Shown here: positions 1-11,223 of the stretch, in pieces | Numbering within the stretch: the stretch's first letter is position 1 | How the letters are laid out: every line of letters begins with the position of its first letter | Assembly (NCBI GenBank): GCA_964016885.1 | Contig: OZ024740.1 | Coordinates: forward strand, 285,572,001-285,636,000 | Reading direction: 5' to 3' | DNA from: Eledone cirrhosa | Lineage: Eukaryota | Length of the DNA stretch: 64,000 nucleotides | Position numbers and translations under genes: made by a program | Notes under the pieces: generated by a model | What the model saw: the letters and a program-made list of their open reading frames with translations, nothing else | The model's database searches: none | Told to the model about the DNA's origin: nothing

Positions 1-47
1 ATTTCTCTATATAGGTCTTGCCTCGAGTGAATTATTTTCATATCTAC

Positions 48-158
48 GTACTATGATATGTTGATCATAGGTGAATAATGTATTGGAGATCGAATAACGC
101 AACATCAAGTGATTAGCGAACTCTAGACCCACATGATCAACGAAACAATTGTCAGTAC
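48..158 (+). ncRNA. Degenerate type I hammerhead ribozyme with long stem II
   Basis: Stem I GTACT(48-52)/AGTAC(154-158); mutated core ATGATA in place of CTGATGA; stem II GTTGATCAT(60-68)/ATGATCAAC(133-141); GAAA 142-145; palindromic stem III ACAATTGT; GTC triplet at 151-153. Confidence 0.55.
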
Positions 159-372
159 TTTAAATAAAGCCCTTATTGTACAGCCAACCATGTTAATCTT
201 CATGCTTTAACTATTATTACTCCAAGTATAACGTGCATAAAAATTACCGCGAACTCGCTGCATAACTATGAAAGCATCTTGTTGAGTCAAAAAAAGCCGT
301 CCGTTAAAACTATCCACGACGCAGAGCACTCACAACCTCTAACTGGATTACCTATAACGATAACTTGTTATC

Positions 373-456
<84 letters not shown>

Positions 457-607
457 ATACTTTGGGAGGGTCATGTTGCCAATAAGAAACATACGCACCA
501 GTTGCTTTCACTTCAATTTAATTTATTATATATTTATAAATTTACAAATTTATAAATTTCTGGTTGGTTGGTTGGTTCCACAACCAGATATTTGTTTATA
601 TATATAT

Positions 608-652
608 AGTCATAGTTCTTTCGTCACACACTCTGTGACCTCTTCAGTGACT
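608..652 (-). ncRNA. Minimal type I hammerhead ribozyme (mirror copy)
   Basis: Reverse complement of 761-805 in the left palindrome arm. Confidence 0.75.
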
Positions 653-760
653 GGGGATTTCTTTCTTCGTTTCTGTGCCTTTCCTTTCTTCTATCCTACG
701 CCATTTTGTTGGCGTAGGATAGAAGAAAGGAAAGGCACAGAAACGAAGAAAGAAATCCCC

Positions 761-805
761 AGTCACTGAAGAGGTCACAGAGTGTGTGACGAAAGAACTA
801 TGACT
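761..805 (+). ncRNA. Minimal type I hammerhead ribozyme
   Basis: AGTCA-CTGAAGA-G-GTCACA-gagtg-TGTGAC-GAAA-GAACTA-TGACT: intact core, 6-bp stem II, 5-bp stem I, vestigial stem III. Confidence 0.75.
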
Positions 806-1033
806 ATATATATATAAACAAATATCTGGTTGTGGAACCAACCAACCAACCAGAAATTTATAAATTTGTAAATTTATAAATATATAATAAATTAAATTGA
901 AGTGAAAGCAACTGGTGCGTGTGTTTCTTATTGGCAACATGACCCTCCCAAAGTATAACAATATCGGTTTCAACACACGATTTCAGATAAAGAATCTTGC
1001 TAAACAAATTCAGAAACGAAATATATATATATA

Positions 1034-3910
1034 ATATTATATAAATGTGAAATGGGCGAAAATTGTCTGAGTCGTGTCTGGATACAGGCAAAAGGGTAGT
1101 ACCAATGCTCTGATTGTCATGTCTACGTATGTATGTATGTATATATGTATCCTACACACATCCCTATACTATTTAACCTAAAATACTTTTATATCCATCT
1201 TTTAGTGAAGCATTTCCAATTCATTATACGTAAACAATGACATTAATTTTAATTTTTTGTTTAGCATTTTACATTCAATGCCTCTCTTTTTTAATGCAAC
1301 TTTTTATTGAAACGTTGTGCTGGCTAATATGATACATGGACCCTGTGGTGCCCTTAACAGCCAAAATTCATGCATGGAGGGGAACAAGTGCACCAAACAC
1401 TACCCCAGAGCCTCCACCAGGGAAACTTGCACTGGGGTTGACAGCTACCCCATCTACCGGCAAGTTGCTCCCGATTTTGGCGGCTTTCGGCTAGGATTAA
1501 GAAGAAAGGGAAAGAATACGACATTGACAACAGCTGGGTGGTGCCTTACAGCCCTTTGCTTGCTAAAATTTTTAATGCTCACATCAATGTGGAGTCCTGC
1601 ACATCTGTTAAAAGCATTAAATACATCTGCAAATACATCAACAAAGGCGGCGACATGGCGGTGGTTGGCCTCAATGATGGCGTAGAATCAAAAGACCAAA
1701 TTACTCAGTTCATGATGGGAAGATACATTTCGTCCAATATGGCGGCTTGGTGCATTTTGGGGCTTGAAATTCACCGGTGCTCTCCAGCAGTTGTTAACTT
1801 GGATGTTCACTTAGAGAATGGTCAACGCGTTTATTTCACTGAGGAAACCGCATGGGCTGCTGCCGAACAGCCACCTGAGACGACGCTTACAGCATTTTTA
1901 AAGCTATGTTCTGTCGATACGTTTGCAGTTACTCTTTTTTACGTCGATGTACCTACCTACTTCACTTGGTCGAACAAAAAATGGCATCGACGGCGACAAT
2001 GGGAAAAAGTTGAGGATTGGGTAGGTTTCTTCAGAAGTAATGCCATCGGACGCGTGTACAATGTTCATCCGAAGCAACAAGAATGCTTTTTCCTGCGAAT
2101 GTTGCTGCATCAAATCAAAGGGCCCAAGTCATTCGTCGACCTAAGACTTTTCGATGGCCACATTTGTTCCAGTTACAGAGACGCGTGCGTGAAGTGCGGG
2201 CTACTCGAAGATAATGCCCACCTGAACGTGGCGTTGACAGAGGCTGTTGAATGTAAGATGCCTCGAGAAATAAGACGTCTGTTTTGCATAATGCTATTGT
2301 TCTGCGGCATAGGTGAGCCCCTTAAGCTTTGGGAAACGCATAAGGACAACATGTCAGAGGACATCCTCCGTAGACTACGAGCAGAACATCCAGCGGCTGG
2401 CTTTGCTTTCAACGACGCGGTGTACAATGAGGCCCTCATCGACATGGAACACCATCTTAAAGCTCTTGGAGTTGGCGGTGTATCTGATTTTTTCCTGGAT
2501 GCTCCTGGCGGAACAGGAAAAATCTTTTCTCATCAACCTTTTGCTTACGAAGCTACGAAAAGACAAGCGGATTGCTTTAGCGGTCGCCTCCAGTTGTATT
2601 GCGGCGACACTGCTACATGGCGGTCGTACGGCACACTCCGCATTCAAATTACCTTTGGACATTGCGAAGAAGGAGAATCCTACATATAGAATAGATCGTG
2701 GCGACCCTAAAGCACATCTTCTTTCTGAGTGCTGCCTGGTCATATGGGACGAGGCTACCATGAGTCACAAGGCGGCTTTTGAGGCTCTGGATCGAACTAT
2801 CAAGGACTTGCGTCGGAACTCACGCGTCATGGGTGGAGTGACAGTACTGCTGGCTGGCGATTTCCGACAGACTCTTCCTGTTATCTAGAGGCACTAGAGC
2901 TGACGAAGTGAACGCATGCACCAAGTCGTCCTACGTATGGCAGTATGCCCACAAACTACATCTGACTACCAACATGAGAGTGCATGTGCATGGTGATGCA
3001 GACTCCATCGATTTCTCAAAACATGTCCTGGAAGTTGGTAATGGAACTACACCTGGAGTGGATGAAGAGCATATCCGTTTGCCTTTTGGAAACTTTGTCA
3101 AACATTGATGAATTAATGTCATCTGTATTTCCAGACCTTGAATCACGATTCCATGATCACACCTGGCTGAAAGGGAGAGCTATTTTGGCACCACACAATG
3201 CCACTGTTGACGTGATGAACCAAAAACTACTCGATCAGATTCCCGGAAATGAAGTCTCCTTCAAGTCGATTGACACCAATAAAAACACGGACGACGCCGT
3301 CATCTACCCAATTGAATTCTTCAACAGTCAACTATCTCCAGGACTTCCTCCTCATGTTCTGAAACTGAAGGTTGATGTGCTAGTTATGCTGATGAGAAAC
3401 CTGGATGCACCAGAACTATGCAACGGAACGCGTTTAATCATAAAAAAAATAAGGATCCAAATTCTGGAGACAACCATTTTGAACGGACCCGCTGCTGGCG
3501 TGACCAGGTTAATTATTCCTATACGCCTTAGTTCCTCTGACGTTCCCTATGAATTTACGCGACGGCAGTTTCCCATAAAACTCTGCTTTGCAATGACCAT
3601 GAACAAAGCACAAGGACAATCGCTGCAAGAGGTTGGCCTAAATCTAACACAGCAGGTATTTGCCCATGGTCAACTATACATCGGATGCTCCCGCGTCGGC
3701 AGTCCACACAATCTCTTCATTTGTTTCATTTGTGGTAACCCGGGCAACACCAGGAACGTTGTCTACAAAGAAGCCCTGCAATAACATCTTTGAACCCTAC
3801 TCCACCCAACGTCTCTCTGTCAAACCACTCTCTTCACGTCGCCCCTCAACTTATTAACTTAATAACAAGTGGACCCGAGTAGCCCCGAGTACAACCAGGC
3901 TCAGCTGCTA

Positions 3911-3911
<1 letters not shown>
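1034..3911 (+). mobile_element. Helitron, internally deleted and decayed
   Basis: RepHel remnants 1317-3784; 3' imperfect GC hairpin followed by CTAG (3908-3911) then T; 5' region ATATAAATGTGAAATGGG shared with the element at 16411-17350. The 5' boundary is approximate. Confidence 0.9.
1317..3784 (+). pseudogene. Helitron Rep/PIF1-like helicase (RepHel), frameshifted
   Basis: Motifs spread over several frames: MIHGPCG...C...C.K.YP, VPYSPLL...AHINVE, KYICKYINKG, VHLENGQRVYF, FLDAPGGTGK (Walker A), WDEATM, GDFRQTLPVI, LMRNLD...LCNGTRL, RRQFPIKLCFAMTMNKAQGQSL, HGQLYIGCSRV. Frameshifts and a stop are present, and most of the Rep domain is missing. Confidence 0.93.
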
Positions 3912-3969
<58 letters not shown>

Positions 3970-3991
3970 GTATGTATGTATGTATATATAT

Positions 3992-4032
<41 letters not shown>

Positions 4033-4064
4033 TATTTTTTTTTATGTATATATATATATGTATG

Positions 4065-4196
<132 letters not shown>

Positions 4197-4250
4197 ATAT
4201 ATATATATATGTATATATAAATGTATATATATATATATGTATATATAAAA

Positions 4251-4806
4251 ATTGAACACCAATTATATTATAGACACACTATATATCTCTATGGGTATTT
4301 AGTACTCAGAGAGATATTTACCTCATTTTATGAATTCTCCTATCTAAGTTGAGAAAAAAATTCGTTGCTGCTTACTGCTATTTTTTTAGCAGAACAGCCA
4401 TCAATTGGTCTGTGATATTTCCCGCTTTTTCTAGTAGCCAGTTCATGTGTGGGTTATTCTAACGGCCTTACTTACACTAGCTGGTAGTTGGCAATATATT
4501 TGCAGATAGTGGGACTAGTTTCCTACTGTATGGAAATAGCTATCTGATTAACTTTACTTCTCCGTTAGAAATTCTCTGAATCTCTAACCTTTTGTAAAGC
4601 GAAACCCCCGGTAATAGCATTATGAACGGGTAGATATTTGAATCATTTAAAAATTTTTTTAAAAGAATTGCTTAATGTTTGTTTGTTCTGCTCTTCTTAA
4701 TTTTTATAGTTCTGGTATCTCGAATTAGTACCATTGAACACCAATTATATTATAGACACACTATATATCTCTATGGGTACTTAGTACTCAGAGAGATATT
4801 TACCTC
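4251..4806. mobile_element. Non-coding element with 74-bp direct terminal repeats in (TA)n
   Basis: 4251-4324 is repeated at 4733-4806 (1 mismatch); (TA)n lies on both sides. Confidence 0.6.
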
Positions 4807-5022
4807 TTTATATATATATATATATATATATATGTAGATAAATTTACCAAAAATTTACGGTAGTGTCCAATCCGTATGAAGAACTCAATGTAATCCGGAT
4901 ATCATGAAAAGAGAAGATGCATTCAAAAACTATTTTCAGTGAAAATTAACGGAAAACAGAGTCAAGATAAATTAATAAAGTAATGAATAAACAAAGAAAC
5001 AGTTCCTTAGATTAAAAAAATT

Positions 5023-5162
5023 CATCATTTTACGATCGTTTCTAGGATATATATGTGTTAGAGTTGGTATGCATATTCTATAGATCTATGTAAAATATTT
5101 ATACAAACTATCAGAGGGAATATACATACCTACACATATATATGCCGTCTTCAGAAATAATG
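5023..5162 (-). ncRNA. Type I hammerhead ribozyme with ~105-nt stem II domain
   Basis: Minus strand reads CATTATTT-CTGAAGA-cGGcATATATATGTGT...ACACATATATATCCta-GAAA-CGATCG-TA-AAATGATG: intact core, 8-bp stem I, palindromic stem III. Confidence 0.75.
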
Positions 5163-5553
5163 ATATTTGTTTATTGAAAAAAACAAAGATTCAATACAAT
5201 AGGTCTGTTTGGGAACAGGTTTTGAATTGACCAATAGAAAGATAGTGAAGGTCAAGATAGTAATCTAGTAGTAAAAGAACCTTAATTTATGGGTAGAGGG
5301 AGGTAGATTTCAGTTTTGGATGGAAAAGAATATTATGAATGAAAGATTATTTTAGGGATGAAAATAGGTCGTATGCTGACCTCAGAAATAATTATATTTG
5401 TTCATTGAATAAAATCAACAAAGATTTGATATAGTCTGTCTGTTTGGTAACCGGTTTAGAATTAACCAATAGAAAGTTAATAATTGGCCAAATGGTAAAA
5501 TAGTAGTAATTGAAGTTTATTTTAGGGGTAGATGAAGGTAGATTTCAGTTTTG
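5151..5553. repeat. Diverged tandem duplication (~230-bp period) upstream of the 5023-5162 HHR
   Basis: TCAGAAATAA...ACCAATAGAAAG...AGGTAGATTTCAGTTTTG occurs at ~5151-5318 and ~5381-5553. Confidence 0.65.
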
Positions 5554-5731
5554 AATCTCTAACCTTTTGTAAAGCGAAACCCCCGGTAATAGCATTATGA
5601 ACGGGTAGATATTTGAATCATTTTATATATATATGTATGTATGATATATATATATGTATGTATGATATATATATATATATATGTATGTATGATATATATA
5701 TATATATATATATGTATGATATATATATATG

Positions 5732-5767
<36 letters not shown>

Positions 5768-5804
5768 ATTATATATATTATATATATATATAATGTATGA
5801 TATA

Positions 5805-5893
<89 letters not shown>

Positions 5894-5914
5894 ATATATA
5901 TATATATATATATA

Positions 5915-6190
5915 GAGGAGAAGGGATATTTAATTTGTTGGAAATTCAACAAATATAAATGTTTATAACTGATTCAGAGCACTCGACAAGTTTCTGGAGT
6001 AAATATTCAATGATATTAAATGATATTAAATAAATGGAAACTATATTTATAAAACCCATATTTATTCTATTATATATATTTCAAGGGTACCAAAACTTTG
6101 GTACGCTTTCATCAGATAAAAATACAAAATGTGTTTTATAAATTTTGACATAGCCAAGGAACATACTTATCAGTAGTGAATTTTCCTTCG
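5915..6190 (-). mobile_element. Single-arm HHR element related to 6879-7340
   Basis: Aligns with the long arm plus extension of the 6879-7340 palindrome; flanked by (TA)n. Confidence 0.7.
6063..6124 (-). ncRNA. Type I hammerhead ribozyme
   Basis: Minus strand reads TTTTAT-CTGATGA-AAGcGTACCAAA-gt-TTTGGTACcCTT-GAAA-TATATA-TA-ATAGAA. Confidence 0.8.
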
Positions 6191-6206
6191 ATATGTATAT
6201 ATATAT

Positions 6207-6279
<73 letters not shown>

Positions 6280-6324
6280 TATATATATATTATATGTGTG
6301 TGTGGTGTGTGTGTGTGTGTGTAT

Positions 6325-6355
<31 letters not shown>

Positions 6356-6421
6356 ATGTATATATATTATATATATGTATGTTATATGTATAGTATATAT
6401 TATATATGTATATGTATATAT

Positions 6422-6600
6422 TGTGAAGGTGATGGTAAGATAATTGCATTCGCAATCGTGAGGTTGTGAGTTCGACTCCTGGAACGGGCGATGCGTTATG
6501 TCCTTCAGCAAGACACTTTATTACACGTTGCTCCTTCTATCTGGAGTTGCGACCGATAGAGAGTATTAGCAATTGCAAAGACCAACAGAAGCATTGTTTT
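6422..6600 (+). mobile_element. tRNA-derived SINE (family A)
   Basis: B-box GAGTTCGACTCC and core TGTCCTT.AGCAAGACACTTTA; similar to the 15841 and 17350 copies. Confidence 0.7.
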
Positions 6601-6602
6601 CT

Positions 6603-6732
<130 letters not shown>

Positions 6733-6747
6733 CATATATATATGTAC

Positions 6748-6834
<87 letters not shown>

Positions 6835-6878
6835 CATATATATATATATATATACATTTATATATATATATACATATA

Positions 6879-7340
6879 TACAATATTAAATAAATGGAAA
6901 ACTATATTTATAAAACCATATTTATTTCATTATATATATTTCGGGGATATCATATTAACAATATGCTATGCCTTCATCAGACAAAATACAATATAAACAG
7001 TTTTATAGATAAATAGATTCGACATACCGTAATAACACCGACTTCATTTGAAGAGGTTTACGCTGGCAGCGTAAACCTCTTCAAATGAAGTCGGTGTTAT
7101 TACGGTATGTCGAATCTATTTATCTATAAAACTGTTTATATTGTATTTTGTCTGATGAAGGCATAGCATATTGTTAATATGATATCCCCGAAATATATAT
7201 AATGAAATAAATATGGTTTTATAAATATAGTTTTCCATTTATTTAATATTGTAAATATACTCCAAATATTTGTCGAGTGCTTTTATATCAGTTATAAATA
7301 TTTACTAGTTGTAACCCAACAATTTTAAATATAACTTTAC
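6879..7340. mobile_element. Perfect palindromic element with an HHR in each arm
   Basis: 187-bp arms 6879-7065/7067-7253 around a single central base; right arm extended ~85 nt; flanked by TA-rich microsatellite. Confidence 0.85.
7144..7209 (+). ncRNA. Type I hammerhead ribozyme (mirror copy on the minus strand at 6923-6988)
   Basis: TATTTTGT-CTGATGA-aGG..CATATT-gtt-AATATG..CC-GAAA-TATATA-TA-ATGAAATA. Confidence 0.75.
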
Positions 7341-7385
7341 ATGTATATACATATATATATTATACATATATATATATATATATAC

Positions 7386-7448
<63 letters not shown>

Positions 7449-7496
7449 CACATATATATATATATATACACATATATATATATATATATACACATA

Positions 7497-7621
<125 letters not shown>

Positions 7622-7720
7622 CATATATATATTATATATATACATATATATATTATATATATAACATATATATATATATATATACATATATAATATATAT
7701 ACATATATATATACATATAT

Positions 7721-7775
<55 letters not shown>

Positions 7776-7776
7776 C

Positions 7777-7807
<31 letters not shown>

Positions 7808-7873
7808 CATATATACATACATATACATATACATATACATATATATATATACATATATATATATACATATATA

Positions 7874-7913
<40 letters not shown>

Positions 7914-7916
7914 TGT

Positions 7917-7947
<31 letters not shown>

Positions 7948-7948
<1 letters not shown>

Positions 7949-8211
7949 CTGATGGTAGCTAAGATGCTTCCATAGGCGGTATGCCGGTTGAGCACTCTAT
8001 CTTCTTACAGAGCAGAGTATGATATAATATAAAACGAAAATCAGTGATGCAGCTGAACTCAATTTATTGTAAGTTACAATTGTTTCGCCGGCGGACAGCA
8101 GAGACGCGATCATTAAGTGGACCCACACAATGATCGTGTCTCGAGCTGTCCGCCGGCGAAACAATTGTAACACAATAAATTGAGTTCAGCTGCATCACTG
8201 ATTTTTCGTTT

Positions 8212-8220
<9 letters not shown>
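7948..8220. mobile_element. Fold-back hairpin element with a duplicated HHR 3' half
   Basis: Inverted repeat ~8023-8220 with an imperfect centre; both arms carry CGAAACAATTGTA; left extension of ~75 nt. Confidence 0.65.
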
Positions 8221-8267
<47 letters not shown>

Positions 8268-8472
8268 ATACTTGGGGAGGGTCATATTTGCGTAATATTG
8301 CCAGAATTAATAACAGAACACACTCACTGTTTGGTTGGTTTTCGCTTCTCGCTATCTTTTATAACTGCGATCTAACTTACTCGGTCCTCAATGTTGCCAT
8401 TGACTGACCGACGGTCAAAAATAATACAGATACAATATAGACACAAACACATATATATAGTTTACATAATTT

Positions 8473-8513
8473 ACATAAATCTTTCGTTGCACATCTGCAA
8501 CATCGTCAGTGGT
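8473..8513 (-). ncRNA. Minimal hammerhead ribozyme in the PLE 3' UTR
   Basis: Minus strand reads CA-CTGACGA-T-GTTGCA-gatg-TGCAAC-GAAA-GATTTA-TG; stem I is weak. Confidence 0.65.
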
Positions 8514-8829
8514 GTTATATTTTTTTCCTCCTGTTGTGTTGTATGTCTACGCCATTTTTTATTCAGTCTGTCTATATATTTATTTATTTATTTGCTTGTT
8601 TGTTTATTTTATTTTGTCTTCTTTGCGCATGCGTGTGTGTATAGTGTTATGTGTGCTATGTGACTAGTGTGTATAGTGTTGTGTCTGCTGGGTGACTAGT
8701 GTGTGTTTATGTGCTTGTTGTTATTGTGCTTGTGTATGTATTTATTTATCTTATTTTATTTTATTTTATTTATTTACTTATTTATACTTCTCTTAGGTCA
8801 GTGTTGTTTGTTTGGGTGTTGTTGTTGTT

Positions 8830-9576
8830 TCACTCATTCTTTCTGTTTAGCTTTGGTCTTCTAATTTCTATTTCACTGGCCTCTCTGATTTGCCTATCTG
8901 CTGGGTCATTCCTATGTTTAGATATTATTCTAATTTCTATGTTGTCTATGTTACCGTCATGTTGTTGTCTAGCATGTTCGTATAGTACTGACCCGTTTTT
9001 TCGTCCTTTTAGTTCCCCCCAGTGTTGGTCTATCCTTTCACCTATGCTACGAGCTGTCTCACCTATGTATGTTGTTGTCATGTTTCTGCAAGTACCCTCT
9101 GTACATCTTATGCTATAGACTACGTTTCTAGTTTTACAGTTTATCCGGGGGTTCACCTTACATATGATACATTTCCTATTGGTACAGTGGGTTTTCTTAA
9201 AAGGGTAGGTTTTGCTGATCAGGGATTTTATGGTGGTTCCTGGCTTTTCTACCACCTTTATTTTTAAGTGGGTCTTTCTCAGGGCCTTTCTACACTGGTT
9301 AGCTAATTTCCCTCCAGGGGTGGCGTCCACAAACATGACACTCTGATATCTCTGGTTGTTGTACCATGATGTGGCCTTCCCTATCTTATGTCTAGCCCTA
9401 TCTAAGCTATTCCATGATTTGCTCCTGTATAGTGGGCAAATTCCTTTCATGTCCAGTTCTATGAGGGTCTTATACTTTTCCATGGCTCCTTCGTATACTC
9501 TGACTCTGTCTCTTTGGTTGTAGCCAGAGAACTGCATGCGGTTGATGAAGTGTTGGATGTGTCTTTCCATTTCTGT
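8830..9576 (-). pseudogene. PLE ORF C-terminus: RT thumb/linker + GIY-YIG endonuclease (fragment)
   Basis: CTNRKCIICK linker and CKTRNVVYSIRC...YIGETARSIGERIDQH...LYEH...RQIREASEI...PKLNRKNE. The ORF track's N-terminal extension runs through (TA)n and an unrelated hairpin. Confidence 0.85.
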
Positions 9577-9598
9577 ATATATATATATATATATATAT

Positions 9599-9800
9599 AA
9601 CAAAGGAAATGTGGCGAGGAACCAGATGGACCATAACGCACCAGAGTACTCAATACTTAGGGTAGTAGAGTGGGAAATAGGAAAAAGTATGACCCCGACG
9701 GCAGAGCTCAAGCCGTTTCGACGGCTATTTCTGGACAACATCCAGAAATAGCCGTCGAAACGGCTTGAGCTCTGCCGTCGGGGGTCATACTTTTTACTAT
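9599..9800 (-). mobile_element. Fold-back hairpin element with a duplicated HHR 3' half
   Basis: Arms 9677-9735/9741-9800; GAAA-CGGC-ttgagctct-GCCG-TC-GGGGTCAT; ~78-nt extension on the left; (TA)n flanks; second copy at 35663-35860. Confidence 0.75.
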
Positions 9801-9810
9801 ATATACATAC

Positions 9811-9889
<79 letters not shown>

Positions 9890-9890
<1 letters not shown>

Positions 9891-10140
9891 TATAAATATA
9901 GAGTTAAAAACTCAAACAGTCTTTTATAATTAAATAGCTCAAAGAAAGAAATATTTCTGAGCCGTGAAATACAAGTTAATATAAATTAATATATATGATA
10001 AACACTAATACAATCATATTAGTGTTTGTATTGTAAATGACCATGTTAGCTAGATTGAAAAATAGCTAACATTTACAATACAAACACTAATATGATTGTA
10101 TTAGTGTTTATCATATATATTAATTTATATTAACTTGTAT
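9890..10140. repeat. AT-rich asymmetric palindrome between (TA)n tracts
   Basis: Inverted arms span 9969-10140; each arm contains an internal hairpin (AAACACTAATA/TATTAGTGTTT); ~80-nt left extension. Confidence 0.7.
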
Positions 10141-10472
10141 ATATATATATATATATATATTTATTTATATATATATATATCGGTTCTGAAGTTCGAAGCA
10201 GCTGTATAGGTACAATCTAACTATAACAAGTAATGTAAATAATATTTTTATATTCTGATTATTATTGTAACTTATCATATGTACAACAATATATAATTAT
10301 ATAGTTTCTGTAATAATCTTGCATACGTGTGCTCTGGAATAGGTGTTTTTTTCGTATCTTACTTCCATTGTGCTCTTTACACAACAGCGAAATCGAGATG
10401 CTTTTATTTTTATTTATTTTTGTTTGTTTTGGTTGCTTCAAGGATTATCTACGTATTACTATATATATATAT

Positions 10473-10956
10473 ATATATTGGTAAACGGAATAGAAAATGC
10501 TGACAAATTGTTCACAGTTGAAAAATGGTTTAATTAGGAATAAAAGAGTATTAGTGATTGTATGGGTTAGTATTCAGTTGTGGTTTTAAGTTTTTAAGTT
10601 TTTACCGGTTGCGCTTTTCAAAAATAATTTTGAGATAGAGTGTCCGTGCTGTTTGCTCTGATCTGATTAGTTTTGGGAATTCTACCTGTTTTTATGTTAA
10701 AAAAGTGGCTCCAGCGTTATTTTTATGTGTTGCAAAAATGCTTGTGGTCAAAACAATTTTGATTGGTCGGTAGAGGTCATGTGAATGTAAAAAGTTGATT
10801 TTGCGCCAAGACTGTTTTTATGTTAAAAAAGTGGCTCCAGCAAAAATTCTTGGTCAAAACAATTTTGATTGGTCGGTAGAGGTCATGTGGATAAAAAATT
10901 GGTTTTGCGCCAAGATTGAGAAATGACTCTTTCACAACAAATATGTGTGTGTGTGT

Positions 10957-11020
<64 letters not shown>

Positions 11021-11192
11021 AGTAGTAGTTGTAAGGTGTTCGATGCTGCGACAATGGCCAGCAGCGATGTGTGTCAAATGGCTATTAAGATAAGTGTGTG
11101 TGTGTGTGTGTGAGTGTGTGTGTGTGTATATAGCAGAGTCATTCGAAGGTCAAAAGATATTTTTCAGCTTTTGTCTTATACGGAGAAGTGCG

Positions 11193-11223
<31 letters not shown>

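Larger units (their letters stand above)
449..1020. mobile_element. Non-autonomous palindromic PLE-type element with an HHR in each arm
   Basis: 255-bp inverted arms 449-703/710-964 (1 mismatch seen), 6-nt loop, right arm extended to ~1020, flanked by (TA)n. Confidence 0.85.
8261..9576 (-). mobile_element. 5'-truncated Penelope-like element (endonuclease + 3' UTR/pLTR)
   Basis: GIY-YIG coding region, HHR in the 3' UTR, both ends in (TA)n. Confidence 0.85.

Noticed and set aside
163-168. AATAAA shortly after several HHR cleavage sites
   Set aside because: Too frequent by chance in DNA this AT-rich to support without statistics.
365-976. Two near-identical ORFs on opposite strands
   Set aside because: A by-product of the palindrome; no protein motifs.
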